DNA from: an uncultured Gemmatimonadota bacterium
Lineage (GTDB): Bacteria > SM23-81 > DAOVCL01
Direction of reading: 5' to 3'
DNA: 64,000 nt
NCBI GenBank assembly: GCA_964626665.1
Contig: CAZVGK010000008.1
Coordinates: 31,779-95,778 of the forward strand
In this document: in pieces, positions 49,688 to 61,131 of the stretch
Numbering within the stretch: the stretch's first letter is position 1
Layout: each line of letters starts with the position of its first letter
Notes under the pieces: model-generated
What the model was told of the DNA's origin: nothing
The model's input: the letters and a program-made list of their open reading frames with translations, nothing else
The model's database searches: none
Program-made: the position numbers and the translations under genes

Positions 49688-51598
49688 GTGGGAAAGGTAA
49701 TTGGGATAGACTTGGGAACCACCAATTCCTGTGTGGCTATCTTGGAGGGAGGCGATCCGGTAGTTATACCAAACAGCGAGGGGAGCCGCACCACCCCTTC
49801 GGTGGTTGCCTTTACCAAAGATGAAGAGAGGTTGGTAGGACAGGTGGCCAAGCGGCAGGCCATCACCAACCCACAGAATACCGTCTTCTCCATCAAGAGG
49901 TTTATGGGGAGGAAGTTCGACGAGGTGAAGACGGAGACAGAGGAGGTCCCCTTTCAGGTGGTAAGAGGGTCAAGTGGGGATGCCCGGGTTAAGGCCGGGG
50001 GGAAGGAGTACTCTCCCCCGGAGGTCTCCGCTATGGTATTGCAAAAGATGAGACAGACAGCAGAGGATTACTTAGGTGAGAAGGTCACCGATGCGGTGGT
50101 CACCGTTCCCGCCTATTTCAACGACTCCCAGAGGCAGGCCACCAAGGATGCCGGGCGAATTGCCGGTTTGAATGTTTTGAGGATAATAAACGAGCCTACG
50201 GCGGCATCCTTAGCTTATGGACTGGACAAGAAGAAGGATGAGCGAATAGCCGTCTATGATTTTGGGGGAGGGACCTTTGACATCTCCATTCTGGAGATTG
50301 GGGAGGGGGTCTTTGAGGTAAAGTCCACCAATGGGGACACCCACTTGGGGGGGGACGACATCGATCAGAGGGTGATGAACTGGCTGGCCGATGAATTCAA
50401 GAAGGCAGAGGGGATCGACCTGAGAAAGGACCCCATGGCCTTGCAAAGGCTGAAGGAGGCTGCGGAGAAGGCCAAATGTGAGCTGAGTACTACGATGAAG
50501 ACCGACATCAACCTCCCCTTTATCACCGCTGACTCCTCAGGGCCAAAGCACCTGAACATCACCCTGACCAGGGCCAAGTTAGAGCAACTGATGGACGATC
50601 TCATTGAGCGGACAGTTGCCCCCTGTGAACAGGCCCTTAAAGATGCTGGGGTAACCGCCTCCCAGATCGATGAGGTCATCCTGGTAGGCGGCTCCATCCG
50701 CATCCCCAAGGTGCAGGAGACGGTAAAAAACCTCTTTTCCCGGGAACCGCACAAAGGCGTGAACCCCGATGAGGTGGTAGCAGTGGGAGCCGCCATTCAA
50801 GGTGGTGTGCTGGCTGGAGAGGTAAAGGACGTTTTGCTGCTCGATGTCACGCCCCTCTCCTTAGGCATTGAGACCCTGGGAGGGGTACTCACCAAACTGA
50901 TCGAGAAGAACACCACCATCCCCACCAGGAAGAGCGAAGTTTTCTCCACCGCGGCCGACAATCAGACCACAGTGGAAATCCATGTGCTACAGGGGGAGAG
51001 GGATATGGCCGCCAATAACAAATCCATCGGCAGGTTCCATCTCGATGGTATCCTCCCTGCTCCCCGAGGTGTTCCCCAGATCGAGGTGACCTTTGACATA
51101 GATGCCAATGGCATCCTTAATGTCTCCGCCAAGGACAAGGCTACCAGCAAGGAGCAGTCCATCAGGATCGAGGCCTCCAGCGGGCTCACCGAGGAGGAGA
51201 TCAAGAAGATGGTCAAGGACGCGGAGGCCCACCAGGCGGAGGACAAAAAGAGGAGGGAGGAGGTGGAGACCCGCAACCGCGCCGATCAGTTGGCCTATGA
51301 GACGGAGAAGAACCTGAAGGAGATGGGGGACAAGATCGATCCAGCCGTCAAGTCCCAGGTGGAGGCGGCCCTAGGTCGGGTAAGGGAGGCGCTCAAGGGC
51401 ACCGATATGGGGGAGATAAAGTCCTCTATGGAAGCCCTGACCCAAATTTGGCATGAGGCTGCGGGCAAGATGTATGAGAAGGCCTCAACGGCCCAACAGG
51501 GACCTAAACCTGGGGGGGAGGAGCCAAAGGCTGAGGAGCCAAAGGGTAAAGCGGAGAAGGGCAAGGCAGTCGATGCTGACTATGAGGTAGTGGACTAA
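49688..51598 (+). CDS. dnaK: Chaperone DnaK
   Basis: [38 protein letters not shown] 49688 after AGGAGGT. Confidence 0.98.
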   Translation: MGKVIGIDLGTTNSCVAILEGGDPVVIPNSEGSRTTPSVVAFTKDEERLVGQVAKRQAITNPQNTVFSIKRFMGRKFDEVKTETEEVPFQVVRGSSGDARVKAGGKEYSPPEVSAMVLQKMRQTAEDYLGEKVTDAVVTVPAYFNDSQRQATKDAGRIAGLNVLRIINEPTAASLAYGLDKKKDERIAVYDFGGGTFDISILEIGEGVFEVKSTNGDTHLGGDDIDQRVMNWLADEFKKAEGIDLRKDPMALQRLKEAAEKAKCELSTTMKTDINLPFITADSSGPKHLNITLTRAKLEQLMDDLIERTVAPCEQALKDAGVTASQIDEVILVGGSIRIPKVQETVKNLFSREPHKGVNPDEVVAVGAAIQGGVLAGEVKDVLLLDVTPLSLGIETLGGVLTKLIEKNTTIPTRKSEVFSTAADNQTTVEIHVLQGERDMAANNKSIGRFHLDGILPAPRGVPQIEVTFDIDANGILNVSAKDKATSKEQSIRIEASSGLTEEEIKKMVKDAEAHQAEDKKRREEVETRNRADQLAYETEKNLKEMGDKIDPAVKSQVEAALGRVREALKGTDMGEIKSSMEALTQIWHEAAGKMYEKASTAQQGPKPGGEEPKAEEPKGKAEKGKAVDADYEVVD

Positions 51599-51618
51599 TG
51601 AGCTTGGAGGTTCCTCAA

Positions 51619-52080
51619 ATGGCTGAGGAAGAGACCACCCCAAATTACCTCGAAGACCTGCAGAGACTCAAGGCTGAATTCGCCAACTACAAAAAGCGGG
51701 AGGACAAACAGAGAAGGGACCACATCCAACTCCTAAAATGTCAGCTCCTCAGGGAGTTACTTCCTGTGGTGGATTCATTTGAGGAGGCGTTAAGAAAGGG
51801 GAAGGAGAATCCTGAGGAGACCCTAAAGGGACTGCAGTTGACCTATGAAAAGCTCCTCCAAATCCTCGAGAAAGAGGGGTTGCGCAGGATACCCGCCCTG
51901 GGGGAGAAGTTTGAACCCTCCCTACATGAGGCGATGACAGTGGAGGAGGTTGCTGAGAAGGGAAAGGACGGATTGGTCTTGGAGGAGCTCCAGAAGGGGT
52001 ATCTCTTTGAGGATTCCCTTCTCAGGCCCAGCAAGGTCAAGGTAGGGAGAATGAGCAGTGCAGGGAACTTTCCCCCTTGA
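51619..52080 (+). CDS. grpE: Nucleotide exchange factor GrpE (alternative start 51598)
   Basis: RLKAEFANYKKR, LLPVVD, FEPSLHEA, QKGY...LLRPSKVKV. Confidence 0.93.
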   Translation: MAEEETTPNYLEDLQRLKAEFANYKKREDKQRRDHIQLLKCQLLRELLPVVDSFEEALRKGKENPEETLKGLQLTYEKLLQILEKEGLRRIPALGEKFEPSLHEAMTVEEVAEKGKDGLVLEELQKGYLFEDSLLRPSKVKVGRMSSAGNFPP

Positions 52081-52122
52081 AGGTAGTTGCAGTGGTAGAA
52101 CCTTAAACAAAAGGAGGAAAAA

Positions 52123-53538
52123 ATGAGATCTTACTGGCTCGCCAAACCTCTCCCCCTCTTTTTCATTCTCCTTCTCTGGGCAGGAGGGATCCAGGCCAGC
52201 CCCGCCCTGGGAAACCTCAGCCAGGATTTCTCTGCGGTGGCCGAGAAGGTAAACCCGGTAGTGGTTTCCATATCCAGTGAGAAGGTGATCAAGGCCCAGA
52301 ACTCACCATTTGGAAAGCAATTCAAGGGCTTCTTCGGTAATGATCCCTTTAGTCGCTTCTTCACTATCCCCATCCCCCAGGGGGAGATCAGGGAGAAGGG
52401 CTTGGGCTCCGGGGTAATAGTTAGCGAGGACGGATATATCCTGACCAATAGCCATGTAGTAGCCGGAGCCGAAAAGATCAGGGTAACCTTCTCGGACAAG
52501 AGGAAGTTCCAGGCAAAAATCGTAGGAACAGACAAGAAAACGGATGTGGCGGTGATCAAGATCGCTGTCCACAACCTACCGGTAGCCAAACTTGGCAATT
52601 CGGACAAAGTAAAGGTAGGGGAGTTTGTCCTGGCCATTGGCAACCCCTTCCGCCTAACCCATACCGTTACAGCAGGTATAATTAGCGCCAAGGGCAGGTC
52701 AAATGTAGGTTTGGCCGAGTATGAAGATTTCATCCAAACCGATGCGGCCATAAACCCAGGAAACAGCGGCGGTGCCCTGGTCAACCTGCAAGGGGAGGTA
52801 ATTGGTATAAACACGGCCATAGCCACCCGTTCTGGGGGCTATCAGGGGATTGGCTTTGCCATCCCCGTCAATATGGCCAAAGAGGTTATGGATCAGTTGA
52901 TCTCCCAGGGGAAGGTCATCCGAGGGTGGTTGGGAGTAATCATCCAGGATATAGACCCGGATATGGCCGAGGCCTTGAACCTTAAAAAGGCGGAAGGTGT
53001 TGTAATAGGAGATGTGAAAAAGGACTCCCCGGCGGAAAAGGGAGGAATAAAGCGAGGGGATGTAATCATCCTCTTTGACAACCAAAAGGTAGAGAACGCT
53101 GTGGGACTGAAGAATATGGTTGCTGCCCATAAACCTAAAACTGTGGTGAAAATTGAGGTCTTGCGGAATGGGCGCAAGAAGGATCTAGCGGTCAAATTAG
53201 GTGAGATTCCCTCCTCCGGATCATCCTCCATGGTGGCTCCAGAGTTGGTCGAGAAGTTGGGGATGGATGTGAAGGAATTGACCGGAGATTTAGCCCGCAG
53301 GCTGGGGTATAGTGGAGAAAAGGGGGTGGTAGTCACTGATGTGAAGTCCGGCAGTATGGCCCAACTGGCAGGAATAAAGAGGGGAGACCTCATCCAGGAG
53401 ATAAAGGGACAAAAGGTCGAATCCCTCAATGATTATAGAAGGGCCCTGGGCAAGATCAAGAAGGGGGAGAGCATCCTCCTTTTGGTGAGAAGGGGAAAGG
53501 ATACCCTCTTTGTGGCCGTCAAGGTGCCCAAGGGTTAG
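52123..53538 (+). CDS. DegP/DegQ (HtrA) periplasmic serine protease with two PDZ domains
   Basis: GSGVI, TNSHVV, TDVAV, QTDAAINPGNSGG. Confidence 0.95.
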   Translation: MRSYWLAKPLPLFFILLLWAGGIQASPALGNLSQDFSAVAEKVNPVVVSISSEKVIKAQNSPFGKQFKGFFGNDPFSRFFTIPIPQGEIREKGLGSGVIVSEDGYILTNSHVVAGAEKIRVTFSDKRKFQAKIVGTDKKTDVAVIKIAVHNLPVAKLGNSDKVKVGEFVLAIGNPFRLTHTVTAGIISAKGRSNVGLAEYEDFIQTDAAINPGNSGGALVNLQGEVIGINTAIATRSGGYQGIGFAIPVNMAKEVMDQLISQGKVIRGWLGVIIQDIDPDMAEALNLKKAEGVVIGDVKKDSPAEKGGIKRGDVIILFDNQKVENAVGLKNMVAAHKPKTVVKIEVLRNGRKKDLAVKLGEIPSSGSSSMVAPELVEKLGMDVKELTGDLARRLGYSGEKGVVVTDVKSGSMAQLAGIKRGDLIQEIKGQKVESLNDYRRALGKIKKGESILLLVRRGKDTLFVAVKVPKG

Positions 53539-53553
53539 ACTCAGGAGGAGGTA

Positions 53554-53802
53554 ATGCCTACTTATGAGTACCTCTGCGAAGTTTGCGGGAGGAAATTTGA
53601 GATCTTTCAGTCCATAAGCGACCCCTCCCTCACCACCTGCCCCTATTGTGGGGGGAGGGTGAAAAGGCTAATCAGCGGTGGGGGGGGACTTCTCTTTAAG
53701 GGTTCAGGGTTCTATGCCACCGACTACCGCAGCGAAGCTTACAAAAAAGCGGCTAAAAAGGAGAAGGAGGAATCCAAACCGTCCAAACCGGATGAGACCT
53801 GA
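53554..53802 (+). CDS. FmdB-family zinc-ribbon protein
   Basis: [11 protein letters not shown]...CPYCG...[11 protein letters not shown]. Confidence 0.88.
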   Translation: MPTYEYLCEVCGRKFEIFQSISDPSLTTCPYCGGRVKRLISGGGGLLFKGSGFYATDYRSEAYKKAAKKEKEESKPSKPDET

Positions 53803-56395
53803 CAACTTCACCATAAAATCTCAGGAGGCAATTCAATCTGCCCATGAGTTGGCCAAGGAGAAGGGTCACTCAGAGGTGGAGCCGGTGCACCTTCTCTTGG
53901 CCTTACTTGATCAGAAGGATAGCCTCACTGGAGAGATCCTCCAAAGCATAGGGGTAGCCCTCTCCCCTCTCCGGGTGAGATTGGAGGAGAGGATTACTCA
54001 CCTCCCTCGTATCTTAAGTCCAGGTAGTGAGATCTATCTCTCCCCCCAGCTAAGGGAGGTGCTTGATGGCTCCTTGAAGGAGGCCTCCAGGCTGAAGGAT
54101 GAGTATGTGAGCGTGGAACACCTCCTCTTGGCTTTGGCTGGGTCCAAGGATGGGGTGGGAGAGGAACTAAGGAGGCAGGGAGCGACGAGGGAAAAGATAT
54201 ATGAGGCGATGAAGAGGATCAGGGGAGGGCAAAGGGTGACCGATACGGAGCCGGAGACGAAGTATCAGAGCTTGAAGAGATATGGCCGGGACCTCACTGA
54301 ATTGGCCAAAAAGGGCAAGCTCGACCCGGTTATCGGACGTCAGGAGGAGATCCGCCGGGTAATGAAGGTCCTCTCCCGGCGCACCAAGAACAACCCCGTC
54401 CTCATCGGCGAACCGGGGGTGGGAAAGACCGCTATTGTAGAGGGCCTGGCCCAGAAGATCGTAGCCCAGGAAGTGCCCGAGAGCCTGAAGGGGAGGAGGC
54501 TAATCGCCCTTGATCTGGGCGCAATGATCGCCGGCTCCAAGTTCCGGGGGGAGTTTGAGGAAAGGGTAAAGGCCATCTTAAAGGAGATTGAAGACGCCCA
54601 GGGAAAGGTGATCCTCTTCATCGATGAGCTGCACACCATTGTGGGGGCAGGAGCTGTGGGCGGGGCGATGGATGCTTCCAACATGCTCAAACCGGCCTTG
54701 GCCAGGGGGGATCTGAGGTGCATCGGGGCAACAACCCTGGATGAATACAGGGAGAATATAGAGAAGGATGCTGCCTTAGAGAGGAGGTTCTCCCCTATCT
54801 TAGTTGAGGAACCCTCAGTGGAGGAGACTATCTCCATCCTGCGAGGTCTGCAGGAGAGATACGAGGTCCACCATGGGGTGAGGATTCAGGATTCAGCCCT
54901 GGTGGCTGCGGTCAAGCTCTCCGAGAGGTATATTGCCGATCGATTCCTCCCGGACAAGGCCATTGACCTTATTGATGAGGCTGCCGCTGAGCTGAGGATA
55001 GAGATCGACTCTATGCCCGAGGAACTGGATGCGATAGAGAAGAGGATCAGGCAACTGGAGGTGGAAAAAAAAGCCGTAAGAAGGGAGAAGGATGCCCAGA
55101 AGAGGCTGGAGCCCATTGAAAGGGAACTGGCCCGTTTAAATGAGGAGAGAAGCTCCCTGCGCTCCCACTGGTTAAGGGAGAAAGAGGCCATCACCGAGAT
55201 CAGGGAACTGAAGAAGAGGCTGGAAGCAGCAAAGTTAGAGGCGGAGAAGGCGGAAAGGGAGGGTGACCTGGAGAGGGCAGCTCGGCTCAGATATGGGGAA
55301 ACCGTGGAGCTTGTGGGCAAATTAGAAAAGGCCAAGGCCAAGCTAGGGGAAATCCAAAAGGACAGAAAACTGGTTAAGGAGGAGGTAGATGAGGACGATG
55401 TGACCGAGGTTGTCTCCAAATGGACTCACATCCCCCTCTCCCGGCTCACCGAGGAGGAGTCTACAAAGCTAAACAGGTTGGAGGAGGTGCTCCATCAGAG
55501 GATAGTGGGGCAGGATCAGGCGGTGAGCTCAGTAGCGGGAATGGTGAGATCATCCCGGGTGGGACTCACCGATCCCCGCAGACCTAATGGCTCATTTATC
55601 TTCCTGGGTCCCACGGGGGTGGGAAAAACCGAACTGGCCAAGGGATTGGCCGAATTCCTCTTTGGAGATGAAAACGCCTTGGTGAGGATCGATATGTCGG
55701 AATATATGGAAAAGTTCTCTACCTCCCGCTTGGTGGGGGCACCCCCAGGATATGTGGGCTATGAGGAGGGTGGACAGCTCACCGAGGCAGTGCGCAGGAG
55801 GCCATATTCGGTCATCCTCTTTGACGAGATCGAGAAGGCCCATCCAGAGGTCTTCAACCTCCTTCTGCAGGTGCTGGATGAGGGAAGGCTCACGGATAAC
55901 AAGGGAAGAACGGTAAACTTCAAGAATACCATCCTGATTATGACCTCCAACATAGGTGCTCCCCTGATTATGGAACTATCCGCCAAGGTTACCCCCTCCA
56001 ATGAGGCCCAGGTATACGATGAGATGAGGGAAGGGGTTTTAGGACTATTGAAGAAGAGCTTTCGCCCCGAGTTCCTTAACCGCATCGACGAGATCATCGT
56101 CTTCCACTCTCTCTCCCCGGAGGAGGTAAAAAGGATAGTCTACCTGCAATTCGCGGAGATAGAAAAAAGGATCGAGGAGAAGGGGATCAAGCTAGAATTA
56201 TCTGACGTGGCGGCGGGGTATATCGCCCAGGTGGGCTATGATCCGGCCTTTGGTGCTCGCCCCCTAAAGAGGACCCTGCAGAGATGGGTAAGCCAGCCCC
56301 TGGCCAAGAGCATCCTCTCCGGCCAGATTAAGGAGGGGGAGAAGATCGAGGTGATCTTGCAGGATGGGAGAATCGGTTTCAGGAGCGCAAAATAG
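53792..56395 (+). CDS. clpB: Chaperone ClpB
   Basis: [15 protein letters not shown], long coiled-coil M domain, GPTGVGKTE; start [13 protein letters not shown]. Confidence 0.95.
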   Translation: MRPDNFTIKSQEAIQSAHELAKEKGHSEVEPVHLLLALLDQKDSLTGEILQSIGVALSPLRVRLEERITHLPRILSPGSEIYLSPQLREVLDGSLKEASRLKDEYVSVEHLLLALAGSKDGVGEELRRQGATREKIYEAMKRIRGGQRVTDTEPETKYQSLKRYGRDLTELAKKGKLDPVIGRQEEIRRVMKVLSRRTKNNPVLIGEPGVGKTAIVEGLAQKIVAQEVPESLKGRRLIALDLGAMIAGSKFRGEFEERVKAILKEIEDAQGKVILFIDELHTIVGAGAVGGAMDASNMLKPALARGDLRCIGATTLDEYRENIEKDAALERRFSPILVEEPSVEETISILRGLQERYEVHHGVRIQDSALVAAVKLSERYIADRFLPDKAIDLIDEAAAELRIEIDSMPEELDAIEKRIRQLEVEKKAVRREKDAQKRLEPIERELARLNEERSSLRSHWLREKEAITEIRELKKRLEAAKLEAEKAEREGDLERAARLRYGETVELVGKLEKAKAKLGEIQKDRKLVKEEVDEDDVTEVVSKWTHIPLSRLTEEESTKLNRLEEVLHQRIVGQDQAVSSVAGMVRSSRVGLTDPRRPNGSFIFLGPTGVGKTELAKGLAEFLFGDENALVRIDMSEYMEKFSTSRLVGAPPGYVGYEEGGQLTEAVRRRPYSVILFDEIEKAHPEVFNLLLQVLDEGRLTDNKGRTVNFKNTILIMTSNIGAPLIMELSAKVTPSNEAQVYDEMREGVLGLLKKSFRPEFLNRIDEIIVFHSLSPEEVKRIVYLQFAEIEKRIEEKGIKLELSDVAAGYIAQVGYDPAFGARPLKRTLQRWVSQPLAKSILSGQIKEGEKIEVILQDGRIGFRSAK

Positions 56396-56549
56396 GCCCA
56401 AATAACTTGAAGCGGGAATTAGATGAAATGACCAGGGATAGGGCCCCTGGCGTTTTTTTACCCAAATCCCCCCTGGGCGAAAATTTTTCCCTTGAAATTT
56501 AATTGAGAACAGTTATATTTAAGGAAACTCTAAATTCTGGAGGTGGAAG

Positions 56550-56969
56550 ATGAAAAGGGTTGCTCCTCTACTTTTTCTCTTAGCTGGTTTTCTCCTAATG
56601 GTTGCTAGTTGCCAGAAGGAGAAGCCAAAGACCGAGGAAGAACTCTACACTATGGCCCAGGAGGCTATGAATAAAGGCAACTCCCATGAGGCCCTGAAAT
56701 ATTACCAGCAGATCCTCAAAGTTTATCCCCAGAGCAGCAACAACTATAAGGCCCAATTTATGATGGGCTATGTATACTCCGAGCAGCTAAAAGATACGGT
56801 CAAAGCCAGGGAGGCCTACCAAAAGGTGATCGAGCAATATCCAAATTGTGATCTGGTGGGAAGCGCTAGCTGGATGATGGGAAACGCGGGAAAGGGTTCC
56901 CTCGATTTCCTCTTTAGCAAAGGGGACAGTTCAAAGGTGAAGGGCAAGAAAAAGGGGACTCAGAAATAA
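56550..56969 (+). CDS. TPR lipoprotein
   Basis: Lipobox VASC; TPR-like repeats (YPQS...AQFMMGYVY...YPN); TTGAAA-16bp-TATATT upstream. Confidence 0.75.
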   Translation: MKRVAPLLFLLAGFLLMVASCQKEKPKTEEELYTMAQEAMNKGNSHEALKYYQQILKVYPQSSNNYKAQFMMGYVYSEQLKDTVKAREAYQKVIEQYPNCDLVGSASWMMGNAGKGSLDFLFSKGDSSKVKGKKKGTQK

Positions 56970-57098
56970 AGGGGGATAGAAAAGCGGAAAGGCCTGACCT
57001 TCTTCAGGCCTTTCTTTTTTGGGGGAGATTGGCTGCCACTGATGACCACGGGGTTGGCGCAGCCGCGACCAAACAATAGCCACAGATTACACGGATTT

Positions 57099-57277
57099 TA
57101 ACCCGATCTATTCATAAATTAAGGTGAGGACCTCCGATACTCATAGGTTTCTATTGTAGGGACTCCGCCTTAGCGGAGTCCGAAGGAAGCGGACAGACAT
57201 AAATGTCTGTCCCTACGGCATGACCGGATAACCTCTGGATAACTGGGCAGTCATTAGTTTATGAATAATTCGGATCA
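57099..57277. mobile_element. MITE-like element, family A, copy 4 (REP doublet 57156-57216)
   Basis: TAACCCGATCTATTCATAAA ... TTTATGAATAATTCGGATCA. Confidence 0.72.
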
Positions 57278-57366
57278 AAGGGGAAAAACCACTACCGTAG
57301 CCTGTTACTCGTAGGGCTCTTTCTTGAGGTGGCAGAACCCCGATTCTGCCACAGTCAGGTAAATCC

Positions 57367-57460
57367 CTAGCGAAGCTTCGCCTTCCCGGCCCGGGACGGG
57401 CAAACCGTCAAGGTATGGCGACTCAAATTAGGCGAAACTCCGAATTTCAAATTGAAGAAT
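57367..57460 (+). repeat. Element family D (inverted homologue of ~61040-61131)
   Basis: CTAGCGAAGCTTCGCCTTCCCGGCCCGGGACGGGCAAACC... matches the reverse complement of the insert ending at 61131. Confidence 0.8.
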
Positions 57461-57593
57461 GATGATACGGCAAAAAGTCCATTTTGGGGCTATGACTGAT
57501 TAAGATGAGATGAGTGACATACTCATATTTAACGAGTTGCATTTTATGTTTTCAATGCCCAAAGGCATCTTTTCGACTTTTTGCCTAACCATC
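57461..57593. mobile_element. 133-bp MITE nested in the family D element
   Basis: TIRs GATGATACGGCAAAAAGTC / GACTTTTTGCCTAACCATC; 6-bp duplication AAGAAT at 57455-57460 and 57594-57599. Confidence 0.8.
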
Positions 57594-57840
57594 AAGAATG
57601 CAAAATGTAAAAATCATTATTGCTTCCACCGTGTTAAGCCCACGTCTTACCTTTCATTTTGATATTTTCAATCTGCAATTTACAATTCCCGTGCCGACAG
57701 GGCTCAGCCCTGACGGAAGAGGATGTGGATGGTAAAATCCACGAGGAGCCTGAGGCACAAACTTCATTTTCAACTCTCCATTCTTAATTGCTCCTTCCCC
57801 CTGAAATTCCAGACAAACTCCTCCTCTTTTTCGGGGAGAG

Positions 57841-57870
57841 GGAACTTTTTCGGGGGTCCGCTGGTTTATA
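57841..57870 (+). promoter_or_regulatory. Possible sigmaE-type ECF promoter
   Basis: GGAACTT-16bp-GTTTATA. Confidence 0.4.
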
Positions 57871-58091
57871 AGGATAATTGGAGGTTCCAGAATATGAGCT
57901 CAAAAAACGAAAGGCGGAACCTCCCTTTGCGCCGCTGAGAGCATGGGTCTGACCGCTCAGCCATGGGCAGATTTTTGTGAATAATTCTGATTGGAGCCAC
58001 CAAGGTCAAATGGTGGTGGGCAAGTTTCGGAGGACAGGAACAGACAAGCTAACGGAGTCAAGGTCAAGCCACCTCGTCTGAATAGGAGGAT

Positions 58092-59015
58092 ATGAGGACT
58101 ATGGCCATCATTTTACCTATCAGGGCTAAGTGGGGCTCAATTTATTTAGCCATCTTGGTTTTCCTCCTTATTCCCTGGACCACTTCCCCCTCTGCCCAGG
58201 AAGGGAAAGTTTCCTTGGAGACCCAGGTAGATAACCCTAAGCCCACCCTCAATGAGAAGATCAGGTTGAGCATCAAGCTCTCCTGGGAGGGAGGTGCTCA
58301 CAGCTACGAATTTAGCTGGCCAGAGGAGCCAGAGTGCAGAAACCTGCAGATAGTGGGGAACTCCACCTCCAACCAGCAGACAGCCAAAGCTGGGGAGACC
58401 ACCTGGGTGAGAAAGTTCGACTACATCCTTAAGCCCATAGAAAAGGGGAAGGCAAGAATTGAACCACTATCCCTTACCTATACGGATCTCCAAACCCAAG
58501 GGGAGTTTACCTTGGAGAGCAAACCCATCCAGATCCAGGTCCTCCCCTCCCATCAGAAGGGAATAGGAATCCTCCTCTGGTTTCTCCTGGGATTCTTCAT
58601 AGTGCTTGGGGGAGCTTCATTTTTTGCCTTAATGGTGAGGAAGAAGGGGAAACGCCCGGAGGAGCCCGTTGAGGAGGCCATCGGTTGGGAGGAACAGGCC
58701 CTCAGAAATTTGGAGAGAATAAAAAGGGAGAGGATAAACGGTGATTTCAAAGCCTATTATTCCTCCCTTGCACAGCTGGTCAGGGAATACCTGAGGGAGA
58801 AGTATGGAATCAGAACTAAGGAGGTTACCACCTACGATATCCTCACCTCCCTGAAGGCCCAGGAGGTAGATGAGGAGAAGATCAAGGCTGTGGAGGAGAT
58901 ACTTAACCAATGTGATCTGGTCAAGTTTGCCCCCCAGCAGCACTTAGAGGGAAATTTGGATACCATCTGGTTGCAGGTAAACGAATTTTTGGAGGAAGGG
59001 AGAAGCAATGAATAA
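58092..59015 (+). CDS. BatD-like membrane protein
   Basis: Signal, Ig-like domain, one TM, ...TTYDI...CDLVKFA C-terminal motif; adjacent to moxR. Confidence 0.65.
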   Translation: MRTMAIILPIRAKWGSIYLAILVFLLIPWTTSPSAQEGKVSLETQVDNPKPTLNEKIRLSIKLSWEGGAHSYEFSWPEEPECRNLQIVGNSTSNQQTAKAGETTWVRKFDYILKPIEKGKARIEPLSLTYTDLQTQGEFTLESKPIQIQVLPSHQKGIGILLWFLLGFFIVLGGASFFALMVRKKGKRPEEPVEEAIGWEEQALRNLERIKRERINGDFKAYYSSLAQLVREYLREKYGIRTKEVTTYDILTSLKAQEVDEEKIKAVEEILNQCDLVKFAPQQHLEGNLDTIWLQVNEFLEEGRSNE

Positions 59016-59997
59016 AGAGATAAAAGCCCTAAATGAGAGGATAAAGGAAGAGAGTTCCTTTGTGGAGGCTCTCATTTCTGAGATAGGGAAGGTGATAGTT
59101 GGACAGAAGTATATGGTGGAAAGGCTTTTGGTGGGGCTGCTCTGTAATGGCCACATCCTCATAGAGGGGGTCCCTGGATTGGCCAAGACCTTAGCTGTAA
59201 AGACACTTGCAGCGGCCATCAAAACAAAATATCAGAGGATCCAGTTCACCCCGGATCTTCTCCCCGCCGACCTCATCGGTACGATGATTTACAACCAAAA
59301 GAGTGGTGATTTCGTTCCCAAGAAAGGGCCCATATTCGCCAACCTTATCCTTGCCGATGAGATAAACCGCGCTCCGGCAAAGGTGCAAAGCGCCCTCTTG
59401 GAGGCTATGCAAGAGAGGCAGGTAACCATTGGAGAGCACACCTACCCCTTAGACGATCCCTTCCTCGTACTGGCCACTCAAAACCCCATAGAGCAGGAGG
59501 GAACCTATCCCCTACCCGAGGCTCAGGTGGACAGATTTATGCTTAAACTTAAGATCAGCTACCCTAACAAGAAGGAGGAGAGGGAGATAATCGAGAGGAT
59601 GACTAAAGGAGAAGACCCTCAAGCCGATCCAGTGATTGGTCCGGAGGAGATCACCCGCGCTCGGGAGGTAGCTAGCAGCATTTATATCGATGAGAAGATA
59701 AAGAATTACATCATTGACCTGGTCTTTGCCACCAGGAATCCGGAGAGCTATGGGCTGGATGAGCTAAAGGGGCTGATCGAATATGGCTCCTCCCCCCGGG
59801 CATCTATCTATTTAACTACAGCCTCACGGGCCCATGCCTTTCTCAGAAGACGCGGCTATGTCACACCGGAGGACGTAAAGTCGGTGGGGATGGATATCCT
59901 CCGCCATCGCATAATAATCACCTATGAGGCGGAGGCTGAGGAGATAACCTCCGAGGATATAATCCAAAAGATCTTCAACAAGATAGAAGTGCCGTAA
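59008..59997 (+). CDS. MoxR-family AAA+ ATPase
   Basis: EGVPGLAKT, RIQFTPDLLPAD, ADEINRAPAKVQSALLEAMQE, EGTYPLPEAQVDRF. Confidence 0.95.
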   Translation: MNKEIKALNERIKEESSFVEALISEIGKVIVGQKYMVERLLVGLLCNGHILIEGVPGLAKTLAVKTLAAAIKTKYQRIQFTPDLLPADLIGTMIYNQKSGDFVPKKGPIFANLILADEINRAPAKVQSALLEAMQERQVTIGEHTYPLDDPFLVLATQNPIEQEGTYPLPEAQVDRFMLKLKISYPNKKEEREIIERMTKGEDPQADPVIGPEEITRAREVASSIYIDEKIKNYIIDLVFATRNPESYGLDELKGLIEYGSSPRASIYLTTASRAHAFLRRRGYVTPEDVKSVGMDILRHRIIITYEAEAEEITSEDIIQKIFNKIEVP

Positions 59998-60030
59998 AAG
60001 AAGGGCCGTTTTAAAACGGCCCTTCTTTTA
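59995..60030. terminator. Perfect 36-bp palindrome, probable bidirectional terminator
   Basis: TAAAAGAAGGGCCGTTTT|AAAACGGCCCTTCTTTTA. Confidence 0.8.
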
Positions 60031-60240
60031 TTTTCCTTGGATGTAGCCCGTAGCCAGCTTACCCCTCGAGAATAACTCCCATCTTGCACTCCATCTCTTA
60101 GGTCACCTCATACATCTTTTTCCCCGTAGATAGATGCATAATTTGTATTTATGACCACTTGCCAAGTTTTATGTTGACAATTGCCTGTTTCCTTAGTAAA
60201 ATGGTAACTGTGTGACAAAAAGCGAAACCACAAGGTAAAG

Positions 60241-60417
60241 ATGATGATGAAGAGAGTAGTTCATAAGGCGCGCAGTTTCCGCGAGGCCGATAAATGGGAT
60301 ATCAGACAACATATCAGCATGACTCCTGAGGAAAGGCAGGAAGTCTCTCGGTTGCTCAGGATAAGATATTATGGACCCAATAACCCTGATGTCCGTGAAA
60401 AGACCAGCGAGCGATGA
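60241..60417 (+). CDS. 58-aa partner protein upstream of the nucleotidyltransferase (absent from the ORF track)
   Basis: MMMKRVVHKARSFREADKWDIRQHISMTPEERQEVSRLLRIRYYGPNNPDVREKTSER; ATGA overlap; TTGACA-17bp-TAAAAT at 60174-60202. Confidence 0.65.
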   Translation: MMMKRVVHKARSFREADKWDIRQHISMTPEERQEVSRLLRIRYYGPNNPDVREKTSER

Positions 60418-60528
60418 GGGCATCTCATTTTTCAGCGGATATACAAGAATCCCTTAGATTACTCAGCATTCATGGGGTTCGCTATGTTATTATGGGAGGA
60501 AAAACCGTCATCTACTATGGATACGGAA

Positions 60529-60696
60529 CTTAGCTCCCTTACGGTCGCTAACTTCCCCAGAGGGCCTCACCGGCCCTATGGCGCTCCGCAATCCTCCGCC
60601 AGCTCGGATTGCTCCGCTGTCATGATTGAAGGGGGCTTATCCCCTTCAAACATCCCCCCAACGTTTCGGAATTTCTAAGAAAATCCGAAACGTCAA
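60529..60696. mobile_element. 168-bp non-autonomous insert, family C
   Basis: Interrupts the ORF; subterminal hairpin ACGTTTCGGA...TCCGAAACGT; ends in TCAA. Confidence 0.65.
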
Positions 60697-60919
60697 GGTT
60701 AACAGGAGATGTCGACTTCTTCTACGAGCCCACCCGAGAGAATGTAGCAAGACTTTATGATGTGCTGAACCACTTTTGGGGGGGAGATATTCCAGGTTTG
60801 AGATCTTCCGGTGAGCTCTTCCCCAAGGGGACAATTCTCCAATTTGGAGCACCCCCTAACAGAATCGACCCGATCAATTCGATAGATGCGGTCTCGTTTG
60901 ACGAAGCATGGAACTCTAG

Positions 60920-61131
60920 CCACCTTCATAAGGCAAGATCTTAAAACTTGTGTCAAGTTTTGGGGCCTGAAGAAAGAGGTGGACAATGAGTTTAGACCCA
61001 GGTCCCTTGGCTTCAGGTTTTTTCATTCTTAATTCTAAATTCTTCATTTTACATTCGCAGCTTCGCCCAGTTTACGCTGCCATAGCTGGATGGTTTGCCC
61101 GTCCCGGGCCGGGAAGGCGAAGCTGCGCTAG
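60920..61131. mobile_element. 212-bp non-autonomous insert, family D, flanked by CTAG duplication
   Basis: CTAG at 60916-60919 and 61128-61131; homologous to 57367-57460. Confidence 0.72.

Noticed and set aside
53678-53791. N-terminal extension of ClpB in the ORF track
   Set aside because: Overlaps the fmdB-like gene; the ClpB-like sequence starts at ATG 53792
57395-57440. GGCAAACC motif suggesting a c-di-GMP-I riboswitch
   Set aside because: The GAAA tetraloop and downstream conserved elements are missing; the segment is part of a repeat that also occurs inverted inside a gene
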